From Raillietiella orientalis (lineage: Eukaryota): DNA of 64,000 nt. Under the pieces are notes generated by a model that had not been told where the DNA came from, did no database searches, and saw only the letters and a list, made by a program, of their open reading frames with translations. Below are positions 25,400 through 38,135 of this stretch, in pieces. Position 1 is the stretch's first letter, and each line of letters opens with the position of its first letter. Made by a program: the position numbers and the translations under genes. The stretch is taken from assembly GCA_036172245.1 (NCBI GenBank), contig JAYWIR010000010.1, forward strand, positions 2,108,001-2,172,000, given 5' to 3'.

Positions 25400-27330
25400 G
25401 TAGTTTGCGCATTCTTTCGCTTGGGTGACCCTCAGAGTCTTGAGGGGCACGGGCATATCGCCCTCTGATTTTTTTGCTGTGTGGGTCTTGGGTCTGCTCT
25501 CGGATCGGAGCGTCCGGCAGACGTTCCTCTCGTGTTGCATGCTGGAGAACACCACCGCCGCTATGTTGCCGCACGATGGCGAGCTGATCTACACGCGGTC
25601 TGAAGATATCCAGCTCTTGCAGGACATCGTCATCGCTCTTGGGAGGGAGGGATTCCAATAACTTCCCAATAACCGAGCGAGTTATTTCCTGGGTTTCCCG
25701 CCGAGGGCCAAAGGCAGGCCTGCGGATTCAGACATCTTCCTCCACGTGCCTTGTGGATGGGAAGCTTATGAAGAAGTACCTGGAATGGCTCCATGGGGAG
25801 TTTGCGGTTCTCCTCGCCCTTCTTGCAGCTTTCCATCAGATTGCACAAGGACATTCGGCATCACTTCGAGGTCAACTGGCGTTTTTCGAACGGGCTGCAC
25901 TTTCGGTTCCTCGAGGTCTAAACTGCGCTCCGAGGCTGTGTGGTCCATCCCTCGAGGCCGCACGAGTTTCTTCACAATCGGGACTCCGGTATTCCAATAA
26001 CTTCCCGATAACCGAGCGATGTCGCCTGCCCAGGGTCAAAAGCAGGGCCTCGGACATCTTCCTCCACGTGCCTTCAAGAACGCAGTCGGCGTGCTGTCGC
26101 ACGGGCAGCGCATAAGCGCTGTGGCACAGTCGCCTTTTCGACAAGCGTCCATGTTTGGGTCACCTCTCAGTCCTCGGATTCAGATGCTTCTCAGCACGCG
26201 CGCTGGTGGTTCGGGAGAGAGCGAAGAGCGCCAGTTCCCTTTCACATCGGCTGCACTCTGGAGAGGCATCAATCCACCAGCTCCATGGTACCAGAGGGAG
26301 GGTCCTGCCCCCGAAGGGAACCGGACTCCTGGATTCTTGGAAGGATCACGGAGGATCAGTTCCCTAATCCCAGCCACTCATCCGGGGCGTCCGATTTTCC
26401 AGTTACCAGCGCCTCACCGGATTGTGAGCAGGCCAACGAGCGTCATCTTGCGGGAGGAACTCGAGCCCATGACGCACCCATTTTCTCTGGCATCGATTCT
26501 TCCTGGGTGGGATTCGAACCCGCTACTCTCGGTGCCACGCACGGGGATCGCGGCGACGTGGCCTCCGACGCGGGCCCCAATAGCAAATTCGACATTTCGT
26601 CATCTGGGCCGCCGTGATCATCCCCATGGTGCTGAACGTCTGAGTGACGGAGGCGTCCGCAGAACTGTACAGGAGGAACGCGTCGCCCCTGCTGGTGCGC
26701 ACCCACTCCGGCCCGCGTTTTGCCCATCCGTCCGGACCTTCATGGAGATTCATGGGCTCCATCAAGGCTGCGTCCTCGAAGGCGCAAGAGTGGAACGCAC
26801 GTTCTGCGAACCTCCCTGCTCCCCCCCCTTCCGCGTGGGCTTCCCCTCGTTCGAACGCGGCCCTCCTCTTGAAGTAACACGAACCTTTTCCCGTCTGCGA
26901 GCTTCCCCGGGGAGTGGTCGCTTCGCACGGATCACAATGCTCCGTGACGTGCGCAGCTCTCGGATCGGGACAGCTCGCGCCGCGTGCGATTCACGTGGTG
27001 CGGCCGACCTCTCGGTGGTGCTCGTGGGTGTTTTTTTTTCCGCGAAGAGCGAGCGATTTCGGGGAGGGCGGGTTTCTTTCCCGGCCCGGGAAAGCTGATC
27101 TCCTCTCAGGTTTTCCTGGTGGGATCCTCGAGCTCGTCGGCGCCTGGATGGGCACCTGCGACCTGAATCACGTCTTGGACCATCCTGCTTACTCGGAGGG
27201 AGTTCTTTAAGTCGGATGCGCCAGCAGCGGGAAAACAGCTGTGCAGGCGCGAGAACTCTTCTCAAGGTCATCCGTTCATGGAACAGACATGTGCTCTCGG
27301 CAGCACGCGGGGGGGAAGGGGGGGGGAGAG
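25400..27330 (-). mobile_element. Scrambled Gypsy integrase remnants plus downstream tRNA-like module and 3' region
   Basis: ESCKKGEENRKLPMEPFQ and WRKMSE integrase-like motifs. Local duplication TTCCAATAACTTCCCrATAACCGAGCGA at 25653 and 25992. 25770-25975 is homologous to 28495-28705, and 26255-26570 to 27845-28200. Confidence 0.6.
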
Positions 27331-27589
27331 AAATCCGTCTACTGCCCACTCTTGGTTTTCTACTCTGTTGGCGGTCCGCGGCAGAGCTTCACCTGTTTCG
27401 TGACTCCATTCTTCAGCGCCATTGGGGCCGCTCTTGCTCGAATGGGACGACTCCACGTGATTTGGCAAAAAGAAAATTCAGATGCGCGCGCAACCGCACG
27501 TGAGGAGTCTCGACCGTGTTTGAGTCTTTAAAAGTTACTACCCTCAAGCTAAATAAAAGTGGAATTCGTACGTGTGACTCTTCGAGATA

Positions 27590-29750
27590 CGGGGTATCCC
27601 GTCCACACCATGAATCCAGGAAGGGCTCAGGAGAAAAGAGTCCATTCCTGTCACACCTGGGGAGGGATCTTCGATGGAAACCTCTTCCTCATTCTCTCCG
27701 GAATGGGCCACTCCATTATTTCTTCTCCCAAGGGAACCCAGAAAGGATTCGCTCCTGTTTTTACTCCTCTGAAGAGAACCTCGGAAGGATGCTTTCCAGA
27801 TTTCTCCAGGGTGCTCCCCGAAGGGAGTAGCACGCTTCTCCACACTCTGGGAAGGCATCGATCCAGCGATCAGCTCCATGAAACACGATGGAGGGTCGGC
27901 CACCGAGGAGGGGGGGAAGGAGGGATCCATTCGCACAACCGGAGGGGAACCAGAATCCTTGATTCAGTTTCCTGGAGGGACCGAGGAGAGTCGACTTGCA
28001 ATCCTGGCCACCCATCGGGGGTCATCCGGTTTCAACCGCCACCGGTGCCGCACCCGAACGAGCTCCATCTTGCAGGAGAAACTCGAAACCCACCGGCGCA
28101 CTCCCTTTTTTCTTGTGTCGATTCATCCAGGGTGGGATTGATTTGAACCCGCGGCGCTTGGTGCCACGCGTGGAGACCGTGACTATGTGGTCTCTGACGC
28201 GTGCTTCATTCTCATTCTTTACAGGCAGGGGGGGTTCGCTTAGAAATCATCTTTTCCCGCCATCCCAGAGGCTTCTGTGGTTTTACAGGAGGACAACCTC
28301 ACTGTTTCTCGAGAGCGCCACTCTTCTGCGTAGCTCCCCGTGAGCGTTCTTCAGGCTGATGGAGGCACTCGCAACTTTCAGCGCTCTTGATCCAATCCAC
28401 GGTTGCGTTGTCGACGAAGAGCATGCTCGTCACCGCCTTGCAAAGGATCCAGCAGCAGCTGAATCCTGCGCGTTAGCAGAAGTTGATGACACAGAAGTGC
28501 CTGGAATGGCCCGATGGGGGGTTTGTGGTTCTCTTTGCCCTTGCAGATTTTCTCCCAGATTTCCACCGGGGATTGTTCGAGGGCATTTGGAATCCCTTCG
28601 AGGTCAACTGGTTTTTTTCGAACGGGCTGTGCTTTCGGTTCCTCGAGTTCCAAACTGCCCTCAGAAGCTGTGCAGTTCATCCACTGAGGCCACAGGTGCT
28701 TTCTCGCAAGCAGATCGAAATTTTTTTGCAGCAGGAGATAAAGTGACGAGACCTTGATCAAGAAGAATCTTTCAGGAAATCCCTTCAGCACACGTTCAGG
28801 AGCGTTGCTCGGCAACAAAGAAAGGGAAAAGATGCTTCCCCACTTCCAGGGCGTTCGTTCGCTCCTGCGTCATTTTATCGAGTAGGTCACCAGTGTGCGG
28901 TGCGCTTCGGCTCACATGGACTCGCGAGAACTCCATCGGTCCTGCATCCGCCCACCTCCGATCGTTGGCAATGAAGATGTGACTCTGTTTCTGGAACCAC
29001 GGAGACTTTCCGAAACAACTGCATGTTGAAGATGAGGTTCGACACAGGAGTTCGGTTCATCTCTACTCAAAGATCACTCAGCGGTCATCCAAGGCACCAA
29101 TTTTTCAAGAGGAAAGACTCTGCGGATGATAATGCTCGCAGGAACGAGCATCTCCTCCATCTCGTGTCGATACCACCGATCGCAACTGACCGGAGAGCAA
29201 GCTGCGTCCTGCCAGCTCGGAGAAGCTCCATCTCGACCGGGGCATTTGCTCCCCCTCCTCAAGCAAAGTAAACAGAAAAGAAAATTTCAAGGAGGTTTGG
29301 GAGCGCACAAAAAGGAGTTTCGGCGCCGTTTCCATGGGCTCTGACCATCGACCAATCTGAAATCTCTTCATCTGGAGACTCGTGCCTGGAGCGGACTCGC
29401 CACCAATGTCCACCTTGCCTCTTCTACTTCCATGCAGTTGGGCATCTTCGGTCTTTCGTTTCTTCCTCTCGTGCGTCTTGCCCCAGCTTCCGTCGCAGCC
29501 CATCAGCCGGCCGACCCTCCAGGTGGAATCCTCCAACGCACCGCCGGGTCCGCTGCAACCAAGCCTATGTCTCTATGGCCAGCTCTCACCGGGTAAGCGC
29601 CACCCAGGCAACGTCCTTCCTTCGTCGCGGCGGCTCTTCTTCCTCATCTTTGCATGCTCAAGAGCAGGCATTGCTTGCCTAGGGGCCCGCTCTCAGGGGT
29701 CTCCGCGTGCACATCTAAGGCCGAGATCCCTGAACCGTCGTTCATAGCAC
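27590..29750 (-). mobile_element. Degenerate Gypsy element (RT/RNase H - integrase - tRNA-like module - 3' region)
   Basis: Minus frames give ETAPKLL/CALPNLLEIF (RT-RNase H linker) and ICKGKENHKPPIGPFQAL (integrase). 27590-28130 is homologous to the reverse complement of 54840-55380. Confidence 0.6.
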
Positions 29751-32700
29751 CGATGGCACTGCGACTTCGTGCGGAAATTCTAAAACAGGGAAGCTTCTGA
29801 AAATGCTGAAAGAAACCGCATATATTTCAGCTCTCGGTTAGCTGCTGGGGTCACCAGAAGCAGTTCGAGTTCAAATTCGAGCTCGGTTCATTCCATCCTC
29901 CCAGTCACGCATTCTCAGGAAACGAAGTTTAAGTCTCGTCCACCATCGCAGCTGTTGACCCAACCGATGCATTCAATGGGCCTTGCCCTGCTAATGTTGG
30001 GTGTTGGAGTATACCGTTTCTTTCTTCAGGTCCTCTGCTTGCATGCGGGTGTTCAACTAAGCTTTCTCGGCACATCCTCGTTTCGTGGATCCCAGATCAC
30101 AGGGACCTTACGACCAGCGTCCGTTCAAAGCAGGAGGACCTCTGGAAGAGTGGGGAGTAGCTAGTTGAGAGCTTTCCAGATGTCAGTGATGTCCAGGAGG
30201 TGCAAAAGAGGTCAAGCACGACACTGTCCCTCATTCCGGAGCACCCCAAGACCTCTCGGGATTTCCATCGAGTGATCTTCACGGAAGAAGCTTTCGATCA
30301 CGGAAGTGGATTCCGTGGTTTTCATTTAAGAAGAATTAGAATCAGAGATTTGTGATCTACGAACGCTGGTGCGTTGCGACGAAAGCATCGAGGATGAAGC
30401 ATCGAGAGGAAACTTCTTCCTACTCCTCAGATTCGACGTCGATCTGTTTGGTTCTTCAAATGCAGTAGAAATGATGCAATAGAAAGATACATTCACACGA
30501 TGCAAGGGCATCGCTATAATCATTACGGAAAGCACCCGACGGTACCGAAACTGTTCAATTCGTCCTCCAAGAAGGTAAGGCTCTCGAAAGATTTTCCGAA
30601 TGCGTGACATAACCGCCATCATTCAGCATCAGCAGGCTCAGTCGTCCACAAACACCCGATCTTCGGCATCTGAAATCATAGGTTTGAAATTTCGACAGAC
30701 GTCCAGAGTAATTTTGCCGTGATTACTTCTCACTTAGCGGCCTCTGCCCATCCACTCTTCTCTTTTCTAAAGAAGAAGCTTCGTGACTGATGGTGTCCGT
30801 TTTTTTTTTCTTTGCAGTTCGGGAAAATCTGAGCGGAGGTTCTTCACGGGGTCGACCATCCACGAAAGACCTCACAAAGCAGGAAAATCCGAGATTAAGA
30901 GCGTGGTATGGGGACTCCCGACAGGTTCAGAGGTTGCATTAGTGATCCTGATTTGCCGCTCCTCCCCTTCTCTAAAGTTCTTCGGTGCTCTTGTTTCGAA
31001 TGCAGACAGCCATTCCTTTCACTCTTTCATCCATTTTCCATGTTTCCAGCTTCCGGGTTTGGTACTGTTCGTCTTCGCGCACATTCGAGGGTTCCTTCTT
31101 TCGCAGGTCCAGCAGCGGGGGCTTCCCGGGAGGTTTTCGATTCTTCGCTGTCCAGCACGAGCTGCTGGCTGCAATACAAACTGACGTGTACAACATCGTG
31201 TGCGTAGTGACACGATCGCTACCCTGACCCAGTGCGACCACCAATTCGGGTTTCCGTTCGGGATCGTCTGCTTGCTGAACGTCCTAATTCGTTTCGCAGA
31301 TCGATTCTCGAGATTCCATGATTCTTCAAAATTAGCAATCCTCCAACATCTGCGTGTTCTTCTTTCTGGACTTCAAGGTATCCTCCGCGACATTTCAAGT
31401 GTTCGTGTGCCAATGCGGTTATCCAGTAATTAACGCCGCAGGCTCTGATTACTGTAAGTGACACGATTCGGTATCGATTTGCCGACGAATGACGTTTCCT
31501 TTCCTCTGGTGCACAGGAAGCCATTAATCGGAGTAAAAGTGTTGCAGCAAGACAAAACACAGACCCACACAGGCAGACGGATCGTTTCCCTCGCTGGACA
31601 CACAGCATCCTGGCTGCATGGAGTTCCCCTCTTATTAAAAGCACCCAAATTGGCCTCGCTTAATCAAAGTCGATCAACTTAAATTAATGGTTCGAGTGAT
31701 GCGAAGTCGAATTTGTGGGGAGAAACACGCGGAGCGGCAGCTGGCATTTGCCGCAAACTGTCACCATGGGAAAGAAACACTGAGAACACGATCGCAGGTG
31801 CATTTCCACATCTCTGCGTTCGGCGTGTCTTTCGCGCAAGAGACGCTCGATTTTTCCGGATCCGGGCCTGCGGGTCAACTGCAACCTGACCGTCTGGGAT
31901 TTTCCTTTCGTTGCGGGGGGAGTCATTTATTCTGGTGCAAGGACGGGCACGTTCCTGCTTTGGCACTCATCTCGTACACCTCACCCAATCTGCGAATGCA
32001 GAATCGGAGCGCGCGTGTCAACTCCACGTTTGGTCATGACTTGGTTGTCCCTTAGGTGAAGACTGTCCGTTGCAATGCGTCGTTTCGAAGATCCAGTACC
32101 AAGATGGAGCATGACAGGCGTCTTTCAGTCGATAGGGGGACGTTGAATCCGTTCAAGATGTGGCCACTGTGGTTTTTGAATAGCATCACCCACACATCAC
32201 CACTAAGGGAATCCTCAAGCTATTTTGCTCACAACAGAATCCATAATGGATCCAACCTTCCCCACGAATTCCAGTTGATGTACAGTTGGTCAGCATTACT
32301 GCATTCTTGTTACTGCAACTGCCGTAGGGTGAGAATCAAAGTAGCGTCCCTTCTCTACGGATAGAGAAGTCACGTCTCGTGCTCAAAACAGATAGATTAC
32401 ATCTGGAGATCTAAGAACAAAGGGTACACTAGGATCCTGGTGTAATCCAAGAAAAACCCCTGATCGCCTCGGTTTCCTCGGTCGTAAGTGTTCATTCGGA
32501 AGTTTTGGCATGCCGATTTGTTGCCATAGTCAGGGGATTACTGGTCACGTACATCACAATCCACCTGCTAAAATCATTCGGAATTTCTGCTTCTTACAAA
32601 GCCGGAATTCCAACGAATTCATAAAGGCCGGTCAAACGCATTGGCTTGGATTCTTTTACTTCACGTATGCGCTGAAGATAAAGGCTGACGGAAAGGAAAA

Positions 32701-32878
32701 AGGAGTCACTGGGGCTGTTTGGGGATTCATTTAGCTTTCCCTCCCAGAGATTCGCGGCATTTTTTTGAGATGAAATATTGCTTGCTTTCGCAGCATCTAT
32801 CTTCAACCGTGGGATAGATTTTCTACCTGTACATCCCTGAGATTTTCTCACCTTTTTTTCCTTCAAATTCCTCATGTA

Positions 32879-33819
32879 CGAAGCTCATTTCAAAAGTAAG
32901 GGCGGATCGGATCTAAAGAAAGAACAAATAAGGGAAACAAAAACGTGTTGGTGGCTCGAAACACATACATCCCCGTGCCCTTTTTCTACGTAGGCACCAT
33001 TTTTTTTTTTTCAAAACACTTTTTTGATACCGTGGAAGAAGCTTTTTTAGATTTTCCTTATCAAATTCCACCTCCTCAGCCAGTTCAGCACTGCAGTTTC
33101 CCAACCCTCACTTTCCCCCTGGAATCGTTGAGCCACTTCTTGAGGTGCAGGAAGAAAGACGTGGTAGTTACTGGGCAGGACTGTGAGGTGGGTGATCAAA
33201 ATGTTTCCGTTTGAATTTCCGAATTGTCCGGGATGTGTGGGGGCAGCATGCGTTGCCAAGGTGCGCGTTGTCGTGGAGAAGAACAAACCCTGATCTCAGC
33301 ATCCCACGTCGTCGGTTCCGAATGGCACGCCGCAGCTTTGAAAGTGTTTCTACACAGTAGACTTGCGCACAGTAGATGGTTGTTCCTGGCTCCATAAGGT
33401 CCTCCAAAAGAGCACCCTTTTGGTCCGACACACTGCCGTCGTCACATTCCAGACAATTCGGAAATTCGAATGGAAACTTTTTGATCGCCCACCTCACAGT
33501 CTTGACCTCGCACCCGGTGACTACCATTTTCTCCTTCCTGCACCTCAAGGAGTGGCTTGCATTGCAACGATTCGAGGGGGAAAGAGAGGATTTGAAAACC
33601 TCAGTGCTGCTGCACTGGCTGAACTCCCAGGAGGCGGAATCTGATGCAGAGGATCTAAAAAAGCTTCTTCCACGGTCTCAGAAGTGTTTGGAAAAAAATG
33701 GTGCCTACGTAGAAAAAGGGCACGGGGATGTACGTGTTTCGAACCACCAATACATTTCTGTTTCCCTTATTTGTTCTTTCTTTAGATCCGATCCGCCCTT
33801 ACTTTTGAGATGCGCCTCG
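32879..33819. mobile_element. Foldback mariner derivative (two inverted 3' ends around a transposase fragment)
   Basis: Long inverted arms ~32879-33239 and ~33443-33819, TA on both sides (32877, 33820). Transposase motifs KLRRAIRNRRRGMLRSGFVLLHDNA (-) and PPHSLDLAPGDYH (YSPDLAPxD-like, +). Confidence 0.92.
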
Positions 33820-36256
33820 TAAATGTATTCGGATCTTCCCTGAGCTCCTCGTGATTTCACCCGATACAAGGATAATCAGGTCTTATCGGACTGCTCCACA
33901 TTTAATTTCCGTTCTGATTGGTTGACTAGTTCGTCCGGTTCGTTACTTAATCTCTGCTAGGAAGTCTAAATGATGTTTCCTTAGTAGGAATTCATATCTC
34001 TTGGCTGAGGAAACGCTGCGATGGTCCTCCTCAGACCCTTTTTTATCTAACCTTTGTTATCTCTGCTTCCCTTTCACAAACACAGGATTCCCGGGGTTTT
34101 CAATCTTGGGTTCTCCGCTGATCTGTGATGCTGTTGCATTGGAATTTCACGAAGCACCAGCCAAACCGAGACCATCCGAGTTGAGTGATTGTAGGCAGTG
34201 TGATATCTCACCAAAAGCACGAAGGTATGCCTCATACTGAGCTTTGAAATATCGACTTCCTTCTAATGACACGGTCTCGGAGTACTTAAAACACCGCGAT
34301 AAAGGAACACTGAGGAACCCGATGCCACTGGAAAGTTCCATCTGTTTCGGAGACTTCCCCAGGGTGAAGACTCTCTACCAAGAGCTAAGAAGTCAGTATT
34401 TGTGAACTTGGATGCACCTACGAATATAACTTGCGGAGATTTCATGTCTCTTTGGATATGGGATCGATTCGGATGACGTTTACATAATCCGTTTACATAA
34501 GCCTTCTTTAGAATTCGTTTTCAATCTGATCCAAGTCGTTTCGATCGCCAACACCACCACAGTTGGACGACTCCTAAAACTCGGAACTTTTCTTGCACGG
34601 AACTTCCTGCTTAAGGTTGCAGGCTGAAATCCGTTTTGGAATTTTTCTTTCTTTTCTCACCGGTAGTTTACCTTTCGATGTTTCTTCTTGCTGTGCACGC
34701 ATTCATAATCGCACTTTCATGGAACGTAAATCGACAGGTGCGCCTGACCTCCCTGTCGTGTTTCGCGAGACCGCGAAAGAAAAAGACACGACCAAGGGTC
34801 AGTGTTAGTTGATTTCCCTCTTTTCCAGAATTGCAGATTGATGCTTGCTCGACTTGATTCACCGAGGAATTGCCGCCACCGTGCTCTTCGTGGTCAGCTG
34901 ACTCGTAACTTTCCGCGAGCGAACTCGCACAAAGCACTGTGGCCTCAAGCGGTGCTGTGGCACGTTTTCGAGTTTGAGTTGGATCCAGAATTCGACTGTA
35001 AATCGTCAAACTGCCGACTTGCAGCTGTCTGTTTGCTGACTTTTGTCGGGTTCAAGCATTCTGGTTGAATTTGCTGCAGTGTTTATCAAAAGCAATCTTC
35101 TAACCTTTCTGGTTTGCTTTATTTGTCTCCCATTTACCATGTTTACGTCTTCGCTCTGAATCTTCCTTCGAGAATGTTCCTCCTCTTGCAGACTTTTTGT
35201 GTGGCAAAGCCTTTCTTTTGTCCTTTCCTTTTCGGCCCTTTTTGCCGAAAAGGAAAGGAAAAAAAAAAAAAAAATGCTGTCTATATCACACACTCATATC
35301 TATACATATATACAGGGCTATTGTTTATAGTTGCGTTTTTATATTTGAATGAATTTTCGATGAATTTTTTAAGATTCCACACATAAATTCTGTCTAGGAC
35401 CTCTTGAAGAAGTTTCGAAGGACCTTTCAAAAGCCGCTCCCAGTGGATTTCTTTTCAAAAGCGATTTCCTGGAAATTGCGAGCTTTGTTTACATCTCGAA
35501 GATAAACGAGAGATACTTCTTGGATTGCCTTTACTTGCAAACTGTGGAACCCTAATTTGATGAATTCTCTCGAATAGGCGGAACTCTCGGCAGCATGGTT
35601 TTCTCTGTACACACAGGGAATTTTACACATAGTGACGAGTCGACCCTTTGAAGAAAAGGAAACCAGGAAAAATAAAACGTTCACCTTCTCCACTTTTCTA
35701 CATCCTTCGATAAGATTTGCCTTGCTCATATGTGTGGCTGCAAATTGCTCTTGGAGTAATGGAGGCATAACAAGTCACAATCGCATTGCTGGGTGTTGTG
35801 ACGGCATCCGTGTCAGGAATGGGCTTTTTTTTTTTTGCGTGTGTCGACGGTGGTGCCCTTTACCCAGTGTTGGTGTATACTTGTAAGTGTGGTTTAAGTG
35901 TACGCATGTTTACAACATCTAATGTACTCTTATCGACAGGTATGCCTGATCTCACATCTGTCGGGTTTCGGGAGGCTGAGAAGGAAAAGGACACGACACT
36001 TTACGTTCATAGACAAAGTCAATTTGGGGACTTGCTAAGGGGAGGTTAAAGTGGACTGACACAAACTTGGAAAGGGACGGCAATCATCCCACTTTTCAGC
36101 TTGCGTCGTTTGTGCGGATGTTTTTTTTTCAAAACCTATCGTCAACTAATTCAACATCTCTACATGAAATTGGCTCATGAGGAGAGAGATTATTTGCTCC
36201 TTGGCAACAAGCGAAAGATCTACCTTTGATCTCCTGCTCAGACCACGTGCTTTCCT

Positions 36257-36494
36257 CACGTTTCCCAAACTTTCCCCATTCCCGGAACACTTCACAAATG
36301 CTGAAAATTTTAATTTGGAACACATTGGTTATTCATAATAAATAAATTAAGCAAGTGTATATAAGAGTTAGGAAAACAAAAGAAACATTTATTCTAAAAT
36401 TTTAATTGTGTGAAATTTTCATAATTTTTAACGGAACACTTACTGACTTTCCGCGGAACACTGGTGTTGCGCGGAACATAGTTTGGGAAACGCT
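36257..36494. mobile_element. hAT (Charlie-type) MITE-like element, ~240 bp
   Basis: Inverted termini CGTTTCCCAAACT (36259) and AGTTTGGGAAACG (36480), repeated subterminal CGGAACA motifs, AT-rich core. No 8-bp TSD recognisable. Confidence 0.65.
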
Positions 36495-38135
36495 TCCTTA
36501 TGCAACGGGCATGAAACTGCCTCTGGACCTCGGAAGCAGCAGCAAGTCCTGACTCGGGCAGGGTGACACCGTTGCCTTTCTCATACTACCTTGTTGGAGG
36601 ACAGCAGAGAACTTTGCGACCTTGCCGGAAGACGAATCCAAAGTACGCGCTGTACGTCGAGGAGAACAAGAGCTCGGCCCACATGTTGTGGAAAGATGGA
36701 AGGAGACCGATCAGTCTCCAGGGCAGAGAGGCTCCGAATTACATTTTGTGCACACCGCTGGCACATTGAACCCAATCGGGAGGCACTAGAGTGAGCGTGA
36801 TAGTCATCTGTTCGACCGGTGTGATGTTTTCCTGCTTTGAGATTGGTCAGCCGCACTGGCGAAAAGTTTCGGAGTTTACCAGGAGAAGGGTAGGCAGTAT
36901 CTGGCAAAGAGGTCAATTTCCACGACTCTTGCAGTGAGATCGGCTGCGTGAAAGAGATGCGGCGGTTCCCTTAGCGGACATTTCCTCCCTTCCAGTGGCG
37001 AAGCACCTCTATGCGTGTCTCGGTAGCTGAAATGGACTCCTCAGAAACAAATCAAGAGCTGCAAGAACAAGAATCTGCGAACGAAAGCTGCCAACAGCCA
37101 AAGCTGCAAGAACTTGGTGAGGGTCTGTTCCACGACACTGAGGGATCAGATGGTAATTACATCGTCTTTGGGGGGCTGGTAGGGTTTCCATGACTGCATG
37201 TTGGTATCGTCGCGCACGCTTTTTGGAGGATTGGCAGGCTAAGAAAAAGCATGCACACATTCGTGATCTCCACGCAACGTATGGTGACGTCCAGTGCAGA
37301 CTAAAAGTCTGCATAACCACAAGAAATAAGCAGGCATCGCATTTTCTCAATTCAGAAGCCTAGATCCACCTCTGGACTCTGAATTCTTCCCAGTAAACTT
37401 TGCCAAGACGTCTGGAGGCAGAAATCCGAAAGTCAACCCTCTCAGAATAACTCGCAACGTTCAAGAATCTCTTCCGCTACTTCCGGAAGACTAAAGGTAC
37501 CTTCTTAACGGCTCCCTTGCACTCACGGCAGGAAGCAGTAGAGGAACTTCCAAATGGTACACATTTCTTTGTGGTCCAACTGTATAATTTTCATGCTCAG
37601 TGTAGAAGCCATTATTTATGGATTTGGATGCTTAATTTGGATAATTTTAACTTGGATACTTCTTTCGAGCTAATAACTCCATCATGGATAATGGCGTTCG
37701 TGATCTGCAGCGGCTTTGAAAAGCCTGTGTCGCAGACGGGCAGTGCTTTGCAGCTCTCGACTGGACCCATGGAGACGGATGCTGCTCACGACGATGCGGC
37801 AAATAAAGATCAGGAACTTTCCTTTTCAACTCTCTCACGCAGGTTCATTCCAGTGTGTCGATTGCTTGTGGAAAACACTAGAATGGGAGCTTCCATGAGG
37901 ATTGACCGGCGGTCATTTCCGTTACTTTCTGTGCCGTAGGGGCTTTCATGTCACTCACGCAAGTCAGAAGGAGGACTCTCGGATGGGAAACGTCAAAAGG
38001 AAAACCAGGAGAATCTGTCAAAATCTGTCCTGTGCTGGACAGTGCAAGCCTCGCACATCCAGTATGTGACGGGAAACTTCAGGGTTCGCCTCTTCGTTTC
38101 CAGGTGGAAGAATGCAGGCAATGCTACCAGTGGCA

